Origin: an uncultured Gammaproteobacteria bacterium
Lineage (GTDB): Bacteria > Patescibacteriota > Microgenomatia > Levybacterales > GWA1-39-11
DNA length: 63,289 nt
Direction: 5' to 3'
NCBI GenBank assembly: GCA_964504535.1
Contig: CAZDED010000009.1
Location: 1 to 63,289 of the forward strand
Positions 61,635 through 63,289 of the stretch are shown here, piece by piece. The translations under genes and the position numbers were made by a program. Numbering within the stretch: the first letter of the stretch is position 1; the number at the start of each line of letters is the position of its first letter. The notes beneath the pieces were generated by a model. The model was not told the DNA's origin. It did no database searches and saw only the letters and a list, made by a program, of their open reading frames with translations.

Positions 61635-61990
61635 TCTTTGCTTTCTTTGCCTGGTCCTTGAAAGGCAACAAAACTGCTTGGAGTTTCCCAAAGCTTAATT
61701 TCGTACAGTGGCATATCTCCTTCTAACTGCTCCCATATCCACATAGCTATATTTTCTGCTGTCGGTTGCTTAATAATTTTATTAATAAAAGCGTGGTCAA
61801 GTTTTTGGAGCACCTTTTTATTAACAGAATTTTTTATTTCGGTAAAATCCATGACCATTCCGTTTTTTTGGACAACGCCTTTTAAAATAACTTGTAGTTT
61901 ATAGGTATGCCCATGTAAATTAGCGCAAGGACCATTATAGTTACGTAACCTGTGGGCAGAATCGAAAGTAAACTGTTTAGCAATAAACAT
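61631..61990 (-). CDS. queD: 6-carboxy-5,6,7,8-tetrahydropterin synthase
   Basis: 119 aa; FTFDSAHRL...CANLHGHTYKLQV (PTPS/QueD signature). Confidence 0.88.
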   Translation of the reverse strand: MFIAKQFTFDSAHRLRNYNGPCANLHGHTYKLQVILKGVVQKNGMVMDFTEIKNSVNKKVLQKLDHAFINKIIKQPTAENIAMWIWEQLEGDMPLYEIKLWETPSSFVAFQGPGKESKE

Positions 61991-61992
61991 AA

Positions 61993-62778
61993 TTAATTGT
62001 GTTTAACATCGTCAATACTTGTATATCGAGCGTAGGCATTATGGTTATGTATTGATTCGAAACTTTCACACTCTACAGTGAACGAAAGAATGTTTTTGTT
62101 CTTTTTTATCGAAAGAGCAGTATCTCTAACCGCATCTTCAACAAATTTAGGATTTTCATAGGATTTTTCGGTTACATATTTTTCATCAGGCCTTTTTAGT
62201 ACAGGGTATATCTCACAACTACCGTTTTTTTCAATCGTTTTTATTAATTCATCTATCAATAAGTCCCCTTTTAGAAGTGCGTCTACCGTTATAATCGATC
62301 TTTGGTTGTGAGCATTAAATTTACTTATTGCTTTACTGCACGGGCACAAAAGCATAACAGGAACTTTCACTATTATCCTTTGTTCCGAATCTCCGGAATT
62401 AACCCTTGAATATATTTTGCATTCATAATCAACGAAACTACTTTTTCTGGAAACAGGAGCCTCTTTTTTCAGGAAATATATAAAAGAAATTTCAAGATAA
62501 GCATTGTCTGCCTGTAATTCCTTTTTTGCTTCACTCGCTATTGATTTCAATTTTTCAAACGTTAGAATATTTTCCCGATTCCTAAAAAGTATTTCTACAA
62601 ACCTACTCATATGATGTCCTTTTAATGAATGGCGTAAGTCTGCAAAGAAATTAACAGATGCCGTAACCTGTTGGGTATCTTTTTTGTGGGGGATTAACAA
62701 AGGAAGCGATATCTTGGTAATACCAACCCTATCTAGTCGAAGTCCTCTTTTATCTTTTAGTTTTTGTATGTCTTTCAT
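61993..62778 (-). CDS. folE2: GTP cyclohydrolase I type 2 (FolE2/MptA family)
   Basis: 261 aa; GHHMSRF, LLCPCSK and NHNAYA motifs. Confidence 0.85.
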   Translation of the reverse strand: MKDIQKLKDKRGLRLDRVGITKISLPLLIPHKKDTQQVTASVNFFADLRHSLKGHHMSRFVEILFRNRENILTFEKLKSIASEAKKELQADNAYLEISFIYFLKKEAPVSRKSSFVDYECKIYSRVNSGDSEQRIIVKVPVMLLCPCSKAISKFNAHNQRSIITVDALLKGDLLIDELIKTIEKNGSCEIYPVLKRPDEKYVTEKSYENPKFVEDAVRDTALSIKKNKNILSFTVECESFESIHNHNAYARYTSIDDVKHN

Positions 62779-62781
62779 GCT

Positions 62782-62808
62782 ATAAAAAAACGAGCGTACC
62801 CGCTCGTT
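62782..62808 (-). terminator. Intrinsic terminator/attenuator inside the folE2 leader (AACGAGCG-ggta-CGCTCGTT followed by TTTTT)
   Basis: The minus strand reads AGAACGAGCGGGTACGCTCGTTTTTTTATAGCATG. The 8-bp stem and U-tract end 6 nt before the folE2 ATG. Confidence 0.6.
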
Positions 62809-62899
62809 CTATATAACTATATATCAATATTGGTAGGTATAACCTAAATGCGGGTCGCCCTTTCCACTATTGTTTGCAACTTGAATCTAATTGAACTCG

Positions 62900-62927
62900 A
62901 TTATACCATAATAATTAGAAAAAGCAA
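62900..62927 (-). promoter_or_regulatory. Strong sigma-70-type promoter for the 12-gene operon (TTGCTT, 16-nt spacer, TGgTATAAT)
   Basis: The minus strand reads TTGCTTTTTCTAATTATTATGGTATAAT. The predicted leader is about 115 nt. Confidence 0.55.
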
Positions 62928-62965
62928 AAAATCAATTCTAAAAGAGATTTTACCTCAAATAGTGC

Positions 62966-62994
62966 TTGACTTCACTGAGACGGTCTGATATATA
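62966..62994 (+). promoter_or_regulatory. Sigma-70-type promoter (TTGACT, 17-nt spacer, TATATA) facing the pilin gene
   Basis: Direct reading; it is divergent from the operon promoter. Confidence 0.5.
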
Positions 62995-63027
62995 TTGATA
63001 CAATAATTTAATTGTTCGGTTTTATGG

Positions 63028-63053
63028 AAACTGCTCTCCGGGGCAGTTTTTTT
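63028..63053 (+). terminator. Intrinsic terminator (AAACTGC-tctccggg-GCAGTTT followed by TTTT) between that promoter and the pilin gene
   Basis: A perfect 7-bp stem followed by a T-run, about 30 nt downstream of the -10 box and 34 nt upstream of the pilin ATG. Confidence 0.55.
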
Positions 63054-63086
63054 GTATTTACCGCTTTTTAGAAAGGGGGTGAAGGC

Positions 63087-63289
63087 ATGAAAAAACTAAT
63101 AACATTACAATCAATTATTTTAACTTCATTAATAGTCGCTACTCCTGTGTTTGCACAAGCTGCAGATGTTACAAAAGTCCAAAGCTTTATAGAAAATATT
63201 ATCCAGATTCTAACGACCATGGCAGGATTACTAGCGTCCGGCTTTTTTGTATGGGGTGGAGTCAGATACATAACATCAAGTGGAAATCC
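63087..63289 (+). CDS. VirB2/TrbC-like type IV secretion pilin (partial; runs off the window)
   Basis: Hand translation gives MKKLITLQSIILTSLIVATPVFAQAADVTKVQSFIENIIQILTTMAGLLASGFFVWGGVRYITSSGN... It has a signal peptide ending AQA and a hydrophobic helix followed by GG-x-x-Y-I-T-S-x-GN, typical of TrbC/VirB2 pilins. The SD is AAAGGGGGTGAAGG. Confidence 0.55.
   Translation, partial: MKKLITLQSIILTSLIVATPVFAQAADVTKVQSFIENIIQILTTMAGLLASGFFVWGGVRYITSSGN

Larger units (their letters stand above)
33122..63289. mobile_element. Putative integrative conjugative/mobilisable element inserted at tRNA-Glu; right end not in the window
   Basis: A serine recombinase abuts and overlaps the tRNA. The region also carries a T4SS coupling ATPase, a replication-relaxation protein, DUF2958, DUF2188, type I R-M and a VirB2/TrbC-like pilin at the right edge. 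Several genes here have strong AGGAGG-type SDs, unlike many core genes. Confidence 0.5.

Noticed and set aside
51905-62778. Dpd-type 7-deazaguanine DNA-modification system
   Set aside because: FolE2, QueD, QueE and QueC are present. However, I see no TGT/DpdA-like transglycosylase, no ParB-like DpdB and no helicase/nuclease dpdD-K-type genes in or next to the operon. I cannot claim it from this window, and a tgt/dpdA elsewhere would reopen the question.
62809-62893. Assignment of the folE2 leader to the preQ1-I riboswitch class
   Set aside because: There is no A-rich 3' tail or CCC...AAAAAACUA-type signature that I can align by eye. It is left as an unclassified riboswitch-like attenuator.
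63068-63271. 67-aa minus-strand ORF at the right edge
   Set aside because: It is antisense to the plus-strand ORF, which has a strong SD, a signal peptide and a VirB2/TrbC-like C-terminal motif.
33194-63289. A direct repeat of the tRNA-Glu 3' end marking the other end of the element
   Set aside because: Scanning the intergenic regions by eye (48231-48279, 51760-51904, 62779-63086) found no copy of TTCGACTCCCACACGGGTCA. The element probably extends beyond the window, and serine recombinases do not require long direct repeats.
1-63289. Alternative genetic code (UGA recoded, as in some CPR lineages)
   Set aside because: Long conserved proteins (UvrA, UvrB, Eno, HsdR, PGM) are intact under the standard code, and several genes end at TGA (for example queD and 22692). 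Code 11 fits.

Overview
This is a low-GC bacterial chromosomal window, standard genetic code, with small tightly packed genes. Gene content resembles CPR/Patescibacteria-type genomes, but that is inference only. All family calls come from reading motifs in the supplied translations by eye; no database search was possible.

Left half (1-33.1 kb), mostly housekeeping:
- Six tRNA genes.
- Three secreted or anchored envelope proteins.
- A GT2 gene followed by a flippase-like/DUF2079 fusion membrane protein.
- A same-strand nucleotide-excision-repair supercluster, read along the minus strand: uvrB, NUDIX, kinase, small ORF, uvrA, transglutaminase, uvrC, a DUF360-like membrane protein gene and secG. 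lexA is divergent from uvrB.
- rsmI, eno and a sugar-phosphate block (PGI/PMI, cupin, IMPase, PGM), then holA-like and dus.

Right half (33.1 kb to the window end): at tRNA-Glu (33122-33193) an integrated conjugative-type element appears to begin and runs off the window. It carries:
- A large serine recombinase whose 3' end overlaps the tRNA.
- A VirD4/TraD-like coupling ATPase, a replication-relaxation protein and a DUF2958 protein.
- An 8-gene operon: type I R-M (hsdRMS), a second LexA-like S24 protein, DUF2188, two MBL-fold hydrolases and a membrane protein.
- An FtsK-gamma-only protein, a GNAT, a SAM methyltransferase and a KsgA/Erm-family methyltransferase.
- A VirB2/TrbC-like pilin gene at the right edge.

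The most unusual locus is a gap-free 12-gene minus-strand operon (51905-62778). It combines a full 7-deazaguanine pathway (FolE2, QueD, QueE, QueC-like) with these partners:
- a divergent GlyRS paralogue
- an HDAC-like amidohydrolase
- a radical SAM enzyme with a long N-terminal domain
- a glycerol-1-phosphate-dehydrogenase-like enzyme
- an LmbE deacetylase
- a DegT aminotransferase
- a GT4 glycosyltransferase
- a Gfo/Idh/MocA oxidoreductase

The operon is preceded by a roughly 115-nt leader that ends in an intrinsic terminator, which looks riboswitch-like.

A second non-genic signal is strict in-phase tandem heptamer structure in several core intergenic regions. The clearest case is 22574-22685.
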